DNA from: a virus | Lineage: Duplodnaviria > Caudoviricetes | Strand: one strand, 5' to 3' | DNA: 60,472 nt | IMG/VR virus record: IMGVR_UViG_3300026519_000014 | Span: 1 to 60,472 of that record | Part shown: piece by piece, positions 46,386-55,151 of the stretch | How positions within the stretch are numbered: the first letter of the stretch is position 1 | How the letters are laid out: every line of letters starts with the position of its first letter | The notes under the pieces: model-generated | Told to the model about the DNA's origin: nothing | What the model saw: only the letters and a program-made list of their open reading frames with translations | Databases searched by the model: none | Translations under genes and position numbers: made by a program

Positions 46386-47136
46386 CCCTTACTATCCCCT
46401 GCACTTTGCAAGGGATTAAAGGATTAAATAAAAACAAAGGCTTTAATGGATTCCTTGATATAATCTGAAGGTATAACGTAGTTTCCTACTTCCAAACTAG
46501 ATTAGTGGGGGCCAGCACCATCTCCTGTTCTGTTTTATAAAGCCTTTGTACCTAATTAGCATACTTCTATGTTTTACTATTACCCTACAATAGGATATAA
46601 TAGTCTAATCAGGATTAGTATTTTAAAAAAATGGTTGTAGTTTATAGTGGAAACATTACCCTTCGATAACTTCAATCATCACTAAACCTCTTCAGGTTGC
46701 CTAGCTATCCTAACACTAAAGGCTTTAACGGATGTTTTAAGTGTTTTTGCATTTCTGCCCAACCATCTTTTATATTTTTAAATAGGTTTGGGAAGGAAGC
46801 CAGAATCTTACAACTGGTATACAGATTTTTAATTTACCACACCTCCCCTAAACACTATTACTTCTATAATATCTGTCTTTCCAGATTGTCATACTTTGTC
46901 AATATCAATCTTTAAAAATTACCTGTGCCTCTAAGAGCAATGTTAATGTTAGCTGGATTAAAGATTTTTTCTTCTCCTCAATTTAAAGGGCTTTCCCTTA
47001 CTTTTTAACACCTTTCAATAGACTAATCATCTTAGACTGATTAATAATAACACAACTCCTGATGATAACAAAGGTTATCCCTTTGGGAATAAGTTGTCTA
47101 CTGATATTATTTGTCTATCTTCAGACAGGTAATTTT
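46350..47136 (-). ncRNA. Candidate large structured ncRNA (~790 nt)
   Basis: No credible ORF; two perfect 12-bp long-range stems, two 16-nt internal direct repeats, many hairpins; bounded by terminators on both sides. Confidence 0.6.
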
Positions 47137-47163
47137 ATATTTTAAAATATTGTAAGATGTCTT

Positions 47164-47192
47164 AAAAAGGGCTACAACTTTTTGTAACCCTT
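47164..47192 (-). terminator. Intrinsic terminator
   Basis: AAGGGTTACAA-aaag-TTGTAGCCCTT-TTT on the minus strand. Confidence 0.75.
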
Positions 47193-47262
47193 ACCAGTAG
47201 GAATTAAGAAAAGCTTTCGGGGACAGTTCTTCTACTGGATTTTTAGCTAATGAAAGTTAGTG

Positions 47263-47526
47263 CTAAAATAATTCTTTTTGCAATTCTTCAATAGCTTTTA
47301 AACCTCTTTTATAGGCTTCAACTTCGTCTTGGGTCTTAAGAATATTTTCTACCCGCAATGGGTATGAATTTTTTAGATTTTCTAAATGCAATTCTACCTC
47401 TGCCAATTTGGATTGGGTTTCCAATAAATCCCCTGAAAGTTGTAATTTTGCTAATTCCACTTGTTTTTTTAATTGGTTGTCCTCCAGTTCTTGTGGGCTT
47501 TGTTTGAGCCTGGCTAAATACTTCAT
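47263..47526 (-). CDS. Coiled-coil hypothetical protein
   Basis: 87 aa with an A-rich leader; overlapped by the tail of the upstream ORF. Confidence 0.7.
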   Translation of the reverse strand: MKYLARLKQSPQELEDNQLKKQVELAKLQLSGDLLETQSKLAEVELHLENLKNSYPLRVENILKTQDEVEAYKRGLKAIEELQKELF

Positions 47527-48418
47527 TTGTAGTTTGTTTATTGTTTAAAATTGATTTAAATTCTTGTAAAGTGTAAATTGGAATAGTTGTTCTATTAGTT
47601 TTTACAAAACATATATACTCCCCTTCTCTAACACCATAAAAGGAGACTTTAAAACTATCTCCCCTCCATCCAACATTATATTTTATATAATGTTTTATAC
47701 ATAATTCTATATATTCATTAAATTCTTTTTTAGATTTTAAATTTAGATAGAAATTATTTTTATCAAATGATAGATGACTTTTATTTGGGGTTAATGGGTA
47801 TTTAATAGGTTCATGCCATTCAGTAGCAAAAGTTTTAACTTTTAATTCTGCTCTGATAGCATCTAAATTAGTAAGATGATATGTATTAATCATATTAGTT
47901 ATATTTTTACTGCTATACATTATAATTTTATCTTTAGAGATAACTAAGTAAGGTTTGTCAATAAAAGAAATAACTTTACCTTTATTATTCCAACTATATC
48001 CTAATTGAAATAATACATTTTGTATTTCTTCAGAATGAGCTTTATCTTCTACTTTAAAATATTTAGGCCAGTTATCTTCTTCAACCAATTCTATCATATC
48101 TTCTAAAAAGTATACTAGTTGTTCTGAAGTATATACATATTGGTTATTATAGCAATTAAATTTAATACTTTGTATTCTGTGTATTGTATTAAGAAAAGGT
48201 GTGCCTATACCATAATCCAGTTTGATTACCTTTACTTTATCTCCTACTTTAAATTTAGGTAGCATTGTTGCTCCTTCATTATACCATACTTCTTCTTTTG
48301 GAGTAGCTTTTCTCCAACACAGAGAAATTAATGAGCTTGATGAATTGTATAGTTCCCCTACTATATTTTTTCCAATATAAGGCCCCCTATCATATTTTTT
48401 TACTCTTGTGTGTATCAT
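47336..48418 (-). CDS. Mosaic hypothetical protein (FKVGDKVKV SH3-like module plus others)
   Basis: 360-aa ORF built from short phage modules. Confidence 0.65.
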   Translation of the reverse strand: MIHTRVKKYDRGPYIGKNIVGELYNSSSSLISLCWRKATPKEEVWYNEGATMLPKFKVGDKVKVIKLDYGIGTPFLNTIHRIQSIKFNCYNNQYVYTSEQLVYFLEDMIELVEEDNWPKYFKVEDKAHSEEIQNVLFQLGYSWNNKGKVISFIDKPYLVISKDKIIMYSSKNITNMINTYHLTNLDAIRAELKVKTFATEWHEPIKYPLTPNKSHLSFDKNNFYLNLKSKKEFNEYIELCIKHYIKYNVGWRGDSFKVSFYGVREGEYICFVKTNRTTIPIYTLQEFKSILNNKQTTNEVFSQAQTKPTRTGGQPIKKTSGISKITTFRGFIGNPIQIGRGRIAFRKSKKFIPIAGRKYS

Positions 48419-48750
48419 TTTTCCTGGTCTTTAAGTTGGCAAATATATACTATGCCATAACCTATTTGAGCTTTAGCATGGTTTTTTTCTATTATACCTT
48501 CTTTAAGAAGGAGTTTATACAAATCTTTGTTTTCTCCCCAAGTTTTTATTGCTACTTCATCATCAGCTAAATCTGTAAGTTCGGCATTTACTGATGGAAT
48601 GGCATATAGTTCCTCCATACCTAGTTCTTCATTCCAAGAAAATATAGACACAGCATTAATATTGCTACTTGGATAAGTACCTAGAGCTATCCTGATATTT
48701 TCTCCTTTAAAAGAAATAGGATAGTATTTTTTTATTTCTTCTTCTCTCAT
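48415..48750 (-). CDS. DUF4313-like protein
   Basis: SVN...DEVAIKTWGEN...LLKEGIIE...GYG. Confidence 0.5.
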   Translation of the reverse strand: MREEEIKKYYPISFKGENIRIALGTYPSSNINAVSIFSWNEELGMEELYAIPSVNAELTDLADDEVAIKTWGENKDLYKLLLKEGIIEKNHAKAQIGYGIVYICQLKDQEK

Positions 48751-48752
48751 AG

Positions 48753-49283
48753 TTATTTATAATTGTTATAGGAATTAGGATAAATATGTTGATAGGCCTC
48801 AGCAAATTTTGTAGTATTGATTGTTATCACAAGTTCTTTATCTTCTTCTAAACTAATGATAAATTTAAGCTCTTTTTCTGCTAAAAGCATATTTACAATT
48901 ATATTTGCATAATCATCCGGATTAGAATACATAATATAGTTTTCTTTGTAATTTACTTTTGGCCTTTTTTCTTTGATATAATAAATTTCTTTATTTATAT
49001 CTTTGAATTTTATTAGTGTGCTGTATTTAGGAGCTTCTACTTTTTTGGTAAACCTGTTATAAACTTTTATTTTTATACTATAATTATCTATAATAAAGAT
49101 AATATGAGCATATTTTTCTGTGTTTACATCAGTTATATAAAGTAGATGAGGAGATGAGTAAATAGGGTCCTCAAATTCATCTACATAATAAACTGTGTTC
49201 CAGGTGTTTATATTGAAATTTGATTTTTGGCTATAACTAAGTGTAGTTATAAACAATAAGGCAATAAGAATTAAATTTTTCAT
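48753..49283 (-). CDS. Exported protein with a Bacteroidota-type signal peptide
   Basis: MKNLILIALLFITTLSYS|Q, then YYVDEFED. Confidence 0.7.
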   Translation of the reverse strand: MKNLILIALLFITTLSYSQKSNFNINTWNTVYYVDEFEDPIYSSPHLLYITDVNTEKYAHIIFIIDNYSIKIKVYNRFTKKVEAPKYSTLIKFKDINKEIYYIKEKRPKVNYKENYIMYSNPDDYANIIVNMLLAEKELKFIISLEEDKELVITINTTKFAEAYQHIYPNSYNNYK

Positions 49284-49316
49284 GATTTTATAAATTTTAG
49301 ATTGTTTTTAAATTTT

Positions 49317-49347
49317 AAAAAAAGAGCTACTTAATTGTAGCTCTTTT
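49317..49347. terminator. Intrinsic terminator
   Basis: AAAAGAGCTAC-ttaatt-GTAGCTCTTTT. Confidence 0.8.
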
Positions 49348-49458
49348 AATATTATGAGTATTAATAGTCTAGTTTTTTAAGTTCATTGTCCAACTTAAAA
49401 TAACTAGTTAATACTACTCCTAATAATAGGAGCAGTATTACTATTGTGATTGACATTG

Positions 49459-49950
49459 TTAGGCCTCTGTTTCTTCAGGAACTTCATCCATTTTAATATC
49501 CTGATTTTCAGGGGCTACAAATGAATCTTCAGGCAACTGATGTCCCGCCCTTCTGAAAGCAGCTAAAATATTGTTGTGGAAAAGTTCTTTGTCAGTGTCG
49601 TCACCAAATACTGCTGTAGTATATGATGAAGCTGTAACTTCATCTCCTTCTGCATTGATGAAAGAATATTCTTCCACTGATTTGGAGATGATTTTTCCTG
49701 GGATTAAGGTACCTACAGGAGCATTGTAAGCTGGGTCTTTGCTTCCATCTAAATATGATTCTTCATATTGATTGAAGCTGACCTCCCTTGCTGTAAGATC
49801 AATTACAGGATTAATTTCTCCTGTTACAGGGTCAATCCTTGTTCCTGCCAAAGGCTTGACAGAAATTCTTTTGTAATTTCTGCCGTTTTTGTCTACCGCT
49901 ACTTCACTAACTTTAGTTACTTGTAGCATTGAGCTTTCTTGATTTTCCAT
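49459..49950 (-). CDS. Putative single-stranded DNA-binding protein
   Basis: Beta-rich body (DKNGRNYKRISV) and an acidic C-tail; has its own structured leader and terminator. Confidence 0.45.
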   Translation of the reverse strand: MENQESSMLQVTKVSEVAVDKNGRNYKRISVKPLAGTRIDPVTGEINPVIDLTAREVSFNQYEESYLDGSKDPAYNAPVGTLIPGKIISKSVEEYSFINAEGDEVTASSYTTAVFGDDTDKELFHNNILAAFRRAGHQLPEDSFVAPENQDIKMDEVPEETEA

Positions 49951-50193
49951 TTTTCAATTTGTTTTTGTTAATTAAATTTTTCAGATTTTCTGAAGTTTGT
50001 TATTACTTCTACTTCTTAGGTTATTAAAAGTTTATAGATTTTAGAGTTTTGCTAATTTAGTTGTAGCCTGAGTTAATCTTATAAACTTGTTTAATCTTTA
50101 AAATATAGGTAATAGTTCTATCCTTGCTATTGAAAGCAACAGCATACTGAGTTCAACTAAGTTGTAACTTGGTATCTGGATAGAAAATAGTTT

Positions 50194-50222
50194 AAAAAGG
50201 GGAAGATATTTCTATCTTCCCC
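50194..50222 (-). terminator. Intrinsic terminator
   Basis: GGGGAAGATA-gaaa-TATCTTCCCC-TTTTT on the minus strand. Confidence 0.8.
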
Positions 50223-50252
50223 ATAAACTATGAAATGGTAGTAAGTTACCAG

Positions 50253-51254
50253 CTATTTTTTCCATTCTCCAAATTTTGGTGCTCCCATATAACTTTTGGG
50301 AACTGTGGAAATTTTTTTAAATTTCGGATTAAATTTGTTTATTGGAATGTAGTTTAATCCTACCAGATAACAAAGGTCTTCTAAATCCCTGAGAAAATTG
50401 TTATTGGTGAGCATATTATCAGATTCCTTGTTTACTGCTTCAAAGAATCTTTCTGCGTGCTTTTGTTTTTTGAATTGGAAACTTAAATTTCCATATAGAG
50501 GAACATATCTTGTTATTTCCTCTTTTTGTTTTTCTTCTATATAAGAATACATATCTATCTGTATTCTTTTTGCTAATAGAATTTTTGGGTTTTCTGTTTT
50601 TTCGATTTTCATAATTTTAGTTGTTAGTGTGAAATTAAGGAAAGGTATATTATTACCAGTAATAGTATTGTCAGGTAATAAAGGAATCCTGGCATTTCTT
50701 TACCATTTACTGAATAGCCATAACTTCCTCTTTCATTTATGTAAATAAAGACTAAAAGTGAGGCTACAAATAAAAATATGAGTGCTAAAATCATGATTCC
50801 CAGGATGAAGATGAAGTAAGTATTGTTATTATAGCTAAAATAGCTATAAATAAAGCTAAGAGCAAATAAGGAAGTAAAGCTGGTATTAATGCTAATGTTC
50901 CTAAGATATATAAGGATTTACTTTTTAGTTTAAGCCCTAATCCTAATAGACCTAATCCTGAGAATATTAATATTGCTAAAATAGTATTTGTCATAGTTTT
51001 GGGATTCTAGGTGTTTTGTAAGTATTTACAGGAGGGTTTAAATAGTCCTCCTTGATGGTTAGGAGCTCTTGTGTGAGCTTATCTATTTCTTGGTGATACT
51101 TGGTATCAGAAATAATTCCCATGTCTTTAAAAGCTTCTAAAGCAGCTAATTTATTGGCTAAAGAATTTAACCTGGCTTTAAGCTCAACTTCTCTTAGATT
51201 AATTATACCGTTGTTTTCTAAGATGGCTTTTCTAAGTAATTGATGTACATTCAT
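50253..51254 (-). CDS. Four small early genes (50253-50612; 50624-50794 membrane, not in track; 50791-50994 membrane; 50991-51254)
   Basis: Coupled ATGA overlaps; two are strongly hydrophobic. Confidence 0.6.
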
Positions 51255-51354
51255 AGTTTTAAAAGATTTTAAGATGTAGTAATTTTAGTTTTTAGGAAAG
51301 TAATTAATGATGTAATTTGATTTACCCTAAAATGTGGAGTTTTAATGAAAGAAA

Positions 51355-51443
51355 AATATTATGTTAAATAGGAATAGAGTTGAGAGAGAACTGATTATCA
51401 GCTACTTAGCTACTCAATTTACTCCTCTATTTAACATAATATT
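51355..51443. repeat. 17-bp perfect inverted repeat containing XerD/dif half-sites
   Basis: AATATTATGTTAAATAG (51355-51371) and CTATTTAACATAATATT (51427-51443); TTATGTTAAAT is the XerD arm of dif. Confidence 0.75.
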
Positions 51444-51495
51444 AATTTAATCTAACCATAATAGTAGTATAAATACTAATTATAGCTAACAATCA

Positions 51496-51813
51496 TTAAG
51501 CAGTTCTAACTAACATTCCAAATTTATAGCCTATAGCTTCAATTTCAGAGGCAGTTAGAATTTTGCCCTCTTCTGGTCTCCCATTAAGCTTGAAAACTAA
51601 GGCAATATCCCCCACTTTTTGGGAATATTGTGCCCTATTCATAGGGATATTAACCCCTAATAGAGTTTTCAGAATATCGCAAGTGGACTGATGGCCCACG
51701 TAGCTTTCTACGCCCCTCTTGACCATTTCCCTGGCATCCTCCAGGGAAACTTCAGTGTATCTATACTCCCCGAAGGAAGTTAAGATACTAGTATTTAAAA
51801 CTGCTGTCTTCAT
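51496..51813 (-). CDS. acrIII-1: AcrIII-1 family (DUF1874/YddF/STIV B116-like) cyclic-oligoadenylate ring nuclease
   Basis: LNTSILT..G.Y, SYVGHQST (catalytic GH), PMNR, LNGRPEEGKIL, GYKFGML; 105 aa. Confidence 0.85.
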   Translation of the reverse strand: MKTAVLNTSILTSFGEYRYTEVSLEDAREMVKRGVESYVGHQSTCDILKTLLGVNIPMNRAQYSQKVGDIALVFKLNGRPEEGKILTASEIEAIGYKFGMLVRTA

Positions 51814-51903
51814 TTTTTTATTATTTAAGGTTTAATTGCCTACTCTATTAAATAGAGCTATCCTAAGTGAAATAAAGGAAGGAAAGGGGTTTCCCCCTTA
51901 CCA

Positions 51904-52128
51904 CTACATTATTACTGTAGTTCCTATTTTGAGCCTCTCTAGGCCCACTCCAGTGAGGCACTCAATGCCCTCTTTGATGAACTTATTACCATCCCATCCT
52001 CCTTCGAGGATGACAACAACATACTCACCAATTTTTTCAGAAGTGAAAACTTCGGGGTTTTCTCCCCTGGTTCTGCTTCCCTTTTCTCCTACCAGGAAAG
52101 CAGAAATTTTTCTTTCAATGTTATTCAT
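51904..52128 (-). CDS. First gene of the early unit, hypothetical
   Basis: 74-aa ORF with an A-rich leader. Confidence 0.6.
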   Translation of the reverse strand: MNNIERKISAFLVGEKGSRTRGENPEVFTSEKIGEYVVVILEGGWDGNKFIKEGIECLTGVGLERLKIGTTVIM

Positions 52129-52149
52129 AGTTTTACTTGTTTATAGGTA

Positions 52150-52284
52150 GGGGGATATCCCCCACCAACCAGGATTAAGTGGGGGTTTTTATGGGGGTAC
52201 CCCCTCATTTAGAACACTTTTATAATTTCTCAAATTTTTAACAAAATTTTTTTCTGTTCTCTACTATTTAGAACACTTTTATAA
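52150..52284. promoter_or_regulatory. G/C palindromes and a 19-bp direct repeat upstream of the early region
   Basis: GGGGGATATCCCCC 52150-52163; GGGGGTACCCCC 52193-52204; ATTTAGAACACTTTTATAA at 52207-52225 and 52266-52284. Confidence 0.6.
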
Positions 52285-52696
52285 CTTTCTAAAGCAGGGA
52301 AAGGGGGGATAGCTATAAAGAAAGGGAAAACCAGATATAAGATGGAGTTTTGATTTTCAGAAATATAAAAATTTTTTAAGGTGGGGGATAATAAGTTCAA
52401 CTATATTTTATGAAGGGTGATAAGTAGTAAATCACCTTTTTTCTTTATAGAAGGTCTATAACCTACCTTTATTGTTATTTTCATTATAGCTGCTTGAAAT
52501 TTACAAAAGCAACCATAGGTGTTTTTCATTAGGGGGTAAGGTATTTTTATTATAGCCTTAACTGGAGATTTAGATAGGTGGGAGTTAATGATGGAAGCTG
52601 GGGTAGCCATAGGGAAGAAACGCATTACTTATATTTTTCTTTTTTTTAATTGTTTCCTTATTTCTCCTTCTTCTTTAATAGGGTTACGGCTATTAA

Positions 52697-52753
52697 ACAT
52701 TATAGCTACTGTAAGGTCTTAATTAAGACATTATAGCTACTGTAAAGTCTTAA
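52697..52753. repeat. Iteron-like 26-bp tandem repeat with a central palindrome
   Basis: ACATTATAGCTACTGTAARGTCTTAA at 52697-52722 and 52728-52753; GTCTTAATTAAGAC at 52716-52729. Confidence 0.8.
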
Positions 52754-52754
52754 A

Positions 52755-53174
52755 CTATTTATTAAGCCCTTTTTTAATATCTGAAAGGAGTACTTGACTT
52801 AGTTTTTCCATTACTCCATAGGGGTTTGCATCTACTATCCAATGAGTTCCTTTTCTTAAATATTCTTTTTTTAGATAGCCTTGTTTAACAAGTAATGTCC
52901 AGGCTCTATTGAATCTTTGTATTCCCATTCCTGCTTGTCTATGAACTTTATTTTCTTCTTTTAAAACAAAGTGATTTTGGATTATAGATTTATGAATAAT
53001 ATAATCTGTTCCTGAGTATGAATAGATTTTCCAAAATATAGCAAAAGTTTCTGGAAAAGCTAAAAGAGCTTTATCATTAATAATATGATCTGGAAGAGAA
53101 GTAAAGGGATTCTTAGTTTCCTGATAAGTATCTGGAAGATAAGAGGTTTTATTATTGCTTTTAAATTCTTTCAT
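52755..53174 (-). CDS. Winged-helix DNA-binding protein resembling the N-domain of phage replication initiators
   Basis: NPFTSLPDHIINDKAL...MGIQRFNRAWTLLVKQGYL. Confidence 0.6.
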   Translation of the reverse strand: MKEFKSNNKTSYLPDTYQETKNPFTSLPDHIINDKALLAFPETFAIFWKIYSYSGTDYIIHKSIIQNHFVLKEENKVHRQAGMGIQRFNRAWTLLVKQGYLKKEYLRKGTHWIVDANPYGVMEKLSQVLLSDIKKGLNK

Positions 53175-53269
53175 TTTTTATAAGTTTAGTGAGTTACTAA
53201 TATAGCAAAAAAATAGGGGGTTCACTACTCCCCCCTTGTTTTTTTAACTTATATCATGAATGAATTATT

Positions 53270-53277
53270 CAAATATA
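53270..53277 (-). promoter_or_regulatory. Bacteroidota -7 promoter box
   Basis: TATATTTG (TAnnTTTG) on the minus strand upstream of 53174. Confidence 0.45.
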
Positions 53278-53311
53278 GTTATATTTATGCCAAATTCTAA
53301 ATTTTACTATC

Positions 53312-53815
53312 ATGCATGAAGAAATTATTTCAAAACTTAATAATGCTTTAGCTACCCTTCAGGTGCATAAAGCTAATATTCAGGGGGCTCATTGGAATAT
53401 GCGGGGTTGCCATGTGTTTTTGTTTATGCATAGATATTTTGATGAAATGTATGCTGGTAATGCTGCCCATATTGATTTTATAGCTGAGGCTATAAGGATA
53501 TTAGGACAAAATCCTAATTATACTCTCACTAAGTTTTTAGCCAGGAGTTATATTTCTGAAGCTTCTTTAGAACAGGTTATAGATTTTAAGAAAGTATTGA
53601 AAAAAGCTTTGGAAGATAATCAAAGGATGTTAGAGTTATCTAAAAAGCTTTTTTCTGCTTCTGCTGCTTATCCTGATATAAATGATTATGCTGCTGGTAT
53701 GGTAGCAGATTTTGGCAAGAGGATTTGGTTTCTAAAAAGCTCTATAATGGAAGATAAAATGGAAGAAAAAAAAGAAGAACCTACTGAAGAAGGCTCTTCT
53801 TATGATGAAGATTAA
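53312..53815 (+). CDS. dps: Dps/ferritin-like protein
   Basis: AHWNMRG, MHRYFDEMY, HIDFIAEAIRILG, KRIWFLKS ferroxidase pattern. Confidence 0.85.
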   Translation: MHEEIISKLNNALATLQVHKANIQGAHWNMRGCHVFLFMHRYFDEMYAGNAAHIDFIAEAIRILGQNPNYTLTKFLARSYISEASLEQVIDFKKVLKKALEDNQRMLELSKKLFSASAAYPDINDYAAGMVADFGKRIWFLKSSIMEDKMEEKKEEPTEEGSSYDED

Positions 53816-54039
53816 GTTTTATTGAATCTTTCTTCTACAGTTTCTTTTATAGCTTTACTTAATTTTCTACAACTTTTACAATTTGGATTATTACATAGGT
53901 TAAAATCTAAACTTGATCTTGTAACCATACCTTTTGTTTCACACCAATTAGAGAATATTATAAAGGATTCTTTTTTTGTATCTTCAAGTGTTTCTTCTAT
54001 AAGTTTAATTAATTTCTTTTCAGTAAATTTTTCCATCAT
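53812..54039 (-). CDS. Small Cys-containing protein
   Basis: C...CNNPNCKSC; coupled to the nuclease stop. Confidence 0.55.
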   Translation of the reverse strand: MMEKFTEKKLIKLIEETLEDTKKESFIIFSNWCETKGMVTRSSLDFNLCNNPNCKSCRKLSKAIKETVEERFNKT

Positions 54040-54887
54040 TATTTATAGTTTAACATTCTAATTACATCTTCTTTTAAATAGGGCATAGTATAAGATTTTA
54101 CTCCTGCTTCTCTTTTGGTATCTAAGGCATCTTTACCATGTATCCAATACATTGTCAGGCTTCTTACTATATAGCCTAATTCTTCTAACATCCATCCATA
54201 CATACTTAGTTGTAAAGCTGTTGTCCAATAATTAGCATTTGGTATATGAGATAAGGGTTTTAATAACATTTCTCCCCTAAAACCTTCCATATCAAGTTTC
54301 TTATAGGTCTTATAGTCTCCAAGATCGAGGTGTCTACCTTCTTTATTACAATTATCAATTTGTCCACTAATTTTATATTCATCATTATATATTAATAGTT
54401 CAGGATAACTTTTATTGCTAGTAAAATCTTGTATCTCCAAAATACTTTCCTGAGACACTTCATAGTTTATATGTCCTTCTCTTATTACTTTGCTGTGATA
54501 AAAGGCATTTTCTAAATCTTCATGAATTTTACTTCCTTTTTCATTGGCTATTTTTCCTTCGTTTTCCCATTTTTCTAAATACCATTGTTGTCTTTCAGCT
54601 ATGGCTTTTCTACTTTCCAAAGTAGTAAAACCTATGTGATATTTTTCAAAGTAGTCTACTGCATTTTCCCATCCTCCTGCTGCTCTTTTTAACTCATACC
54701 ATTTTCCTTTTTTCTCTAAAATATCTTTTATAGCTTTATATAGGCTCCAGTATTCTCCATTAAATTTAGGCCTGAATTTAGCTATTAAGGTAGTAACACT
54801 AGTATATCTATCTCCTGTATCTAAGTGGGTATAGGTATGGTCTTTTTCTCTAAACCCTACCCTGCCTCCTATTTTAGTATATGTCAT
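54039..54887 (-). CDS. PD-(D/E)XK exonuclease
   Basis: SVTTLI, GSKIH, E...ISGQID...GDYKT, LQLSMY. Confidence 0.85.
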   Translation of the reverse strand: MTYTKIGGRVGFREKDHTYTHLDTGDRYTSVTTLIAKFRPKFNGEYWSLYKAIKDILEKKGKWYELKRAAGGWENAVDYFEKYHIGFTTLESRKAIAERQQWYLEKWENEGKIANEKGSKIHEDLENAFYHSKVIREGHINYEVSQESILEIQDFTSNKSYPELLIYNDEYKISGQIDNCNKEGRHLDLGDYKTYKKLDMEGFRGEMLLKPLSHIPNANYWTTALQLSMYGWMLEELGYIVRSLTMYWIHGKDALDTKREAGVKSYTMPYLKEDVIRMLNYK

Positions 54888-54890
54888 ATT

Positions 54891-55151
54891 TTATTTTTCT
54901 ATATTTCCTAAAAACTCCACTTCTTCTATTTCTTCAGGTTCTTCTTCTTTTGCCATAGCCATTTGTAATTTATAATATTCTATAGTTTGACTATCATGTA
55001 AATCTTTCATAGTCTCTATTATATTTTCTTGAGCAATGGGTTGAGTAGGAGTTGCAGTTTGTTCTGTTCTAGTTAATACTCCATTCATATATACATAAGT
55101 AGAATTAGTATTAATACCTATATAAAAATCACCATCTTGCATTTCAGCCAT
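54891..55151 (-). CDS. Acidic hypothetical protein
   Basis: 86-aa ORF upstream of the nuclease. Confidence 0.6.
   Translation of the reverse strand: MAEMQDGDFYIGINTNSTYVYMNGVLTRTEQTATPTQPIAQENIIETMKDLHDSQTIEYYKLQMAMAKEEEPEEIEEVEFLGNIEK

Noticed and set aside
47059-47095. Hammerhead ribozyme (CTGATGA followed by a stem)
   Set aside because: No GAAA after the putative stem II and no matching stems I/III.
46350-47136. Group I/II intron or the + strand 72-aa ORF (46697-46915) as the explanation of this gap
   Set aside because: It does not interrupt a gene, I see no group II end or domain V motifs, and the ORF has a TTG start and lies against the operon direction.
52401-52625. 74-aa minus-strand ORF in the putative origin/terminus region
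   Set aside because: Atypical composition and no recognisable motif; cannot be supported as a gene.
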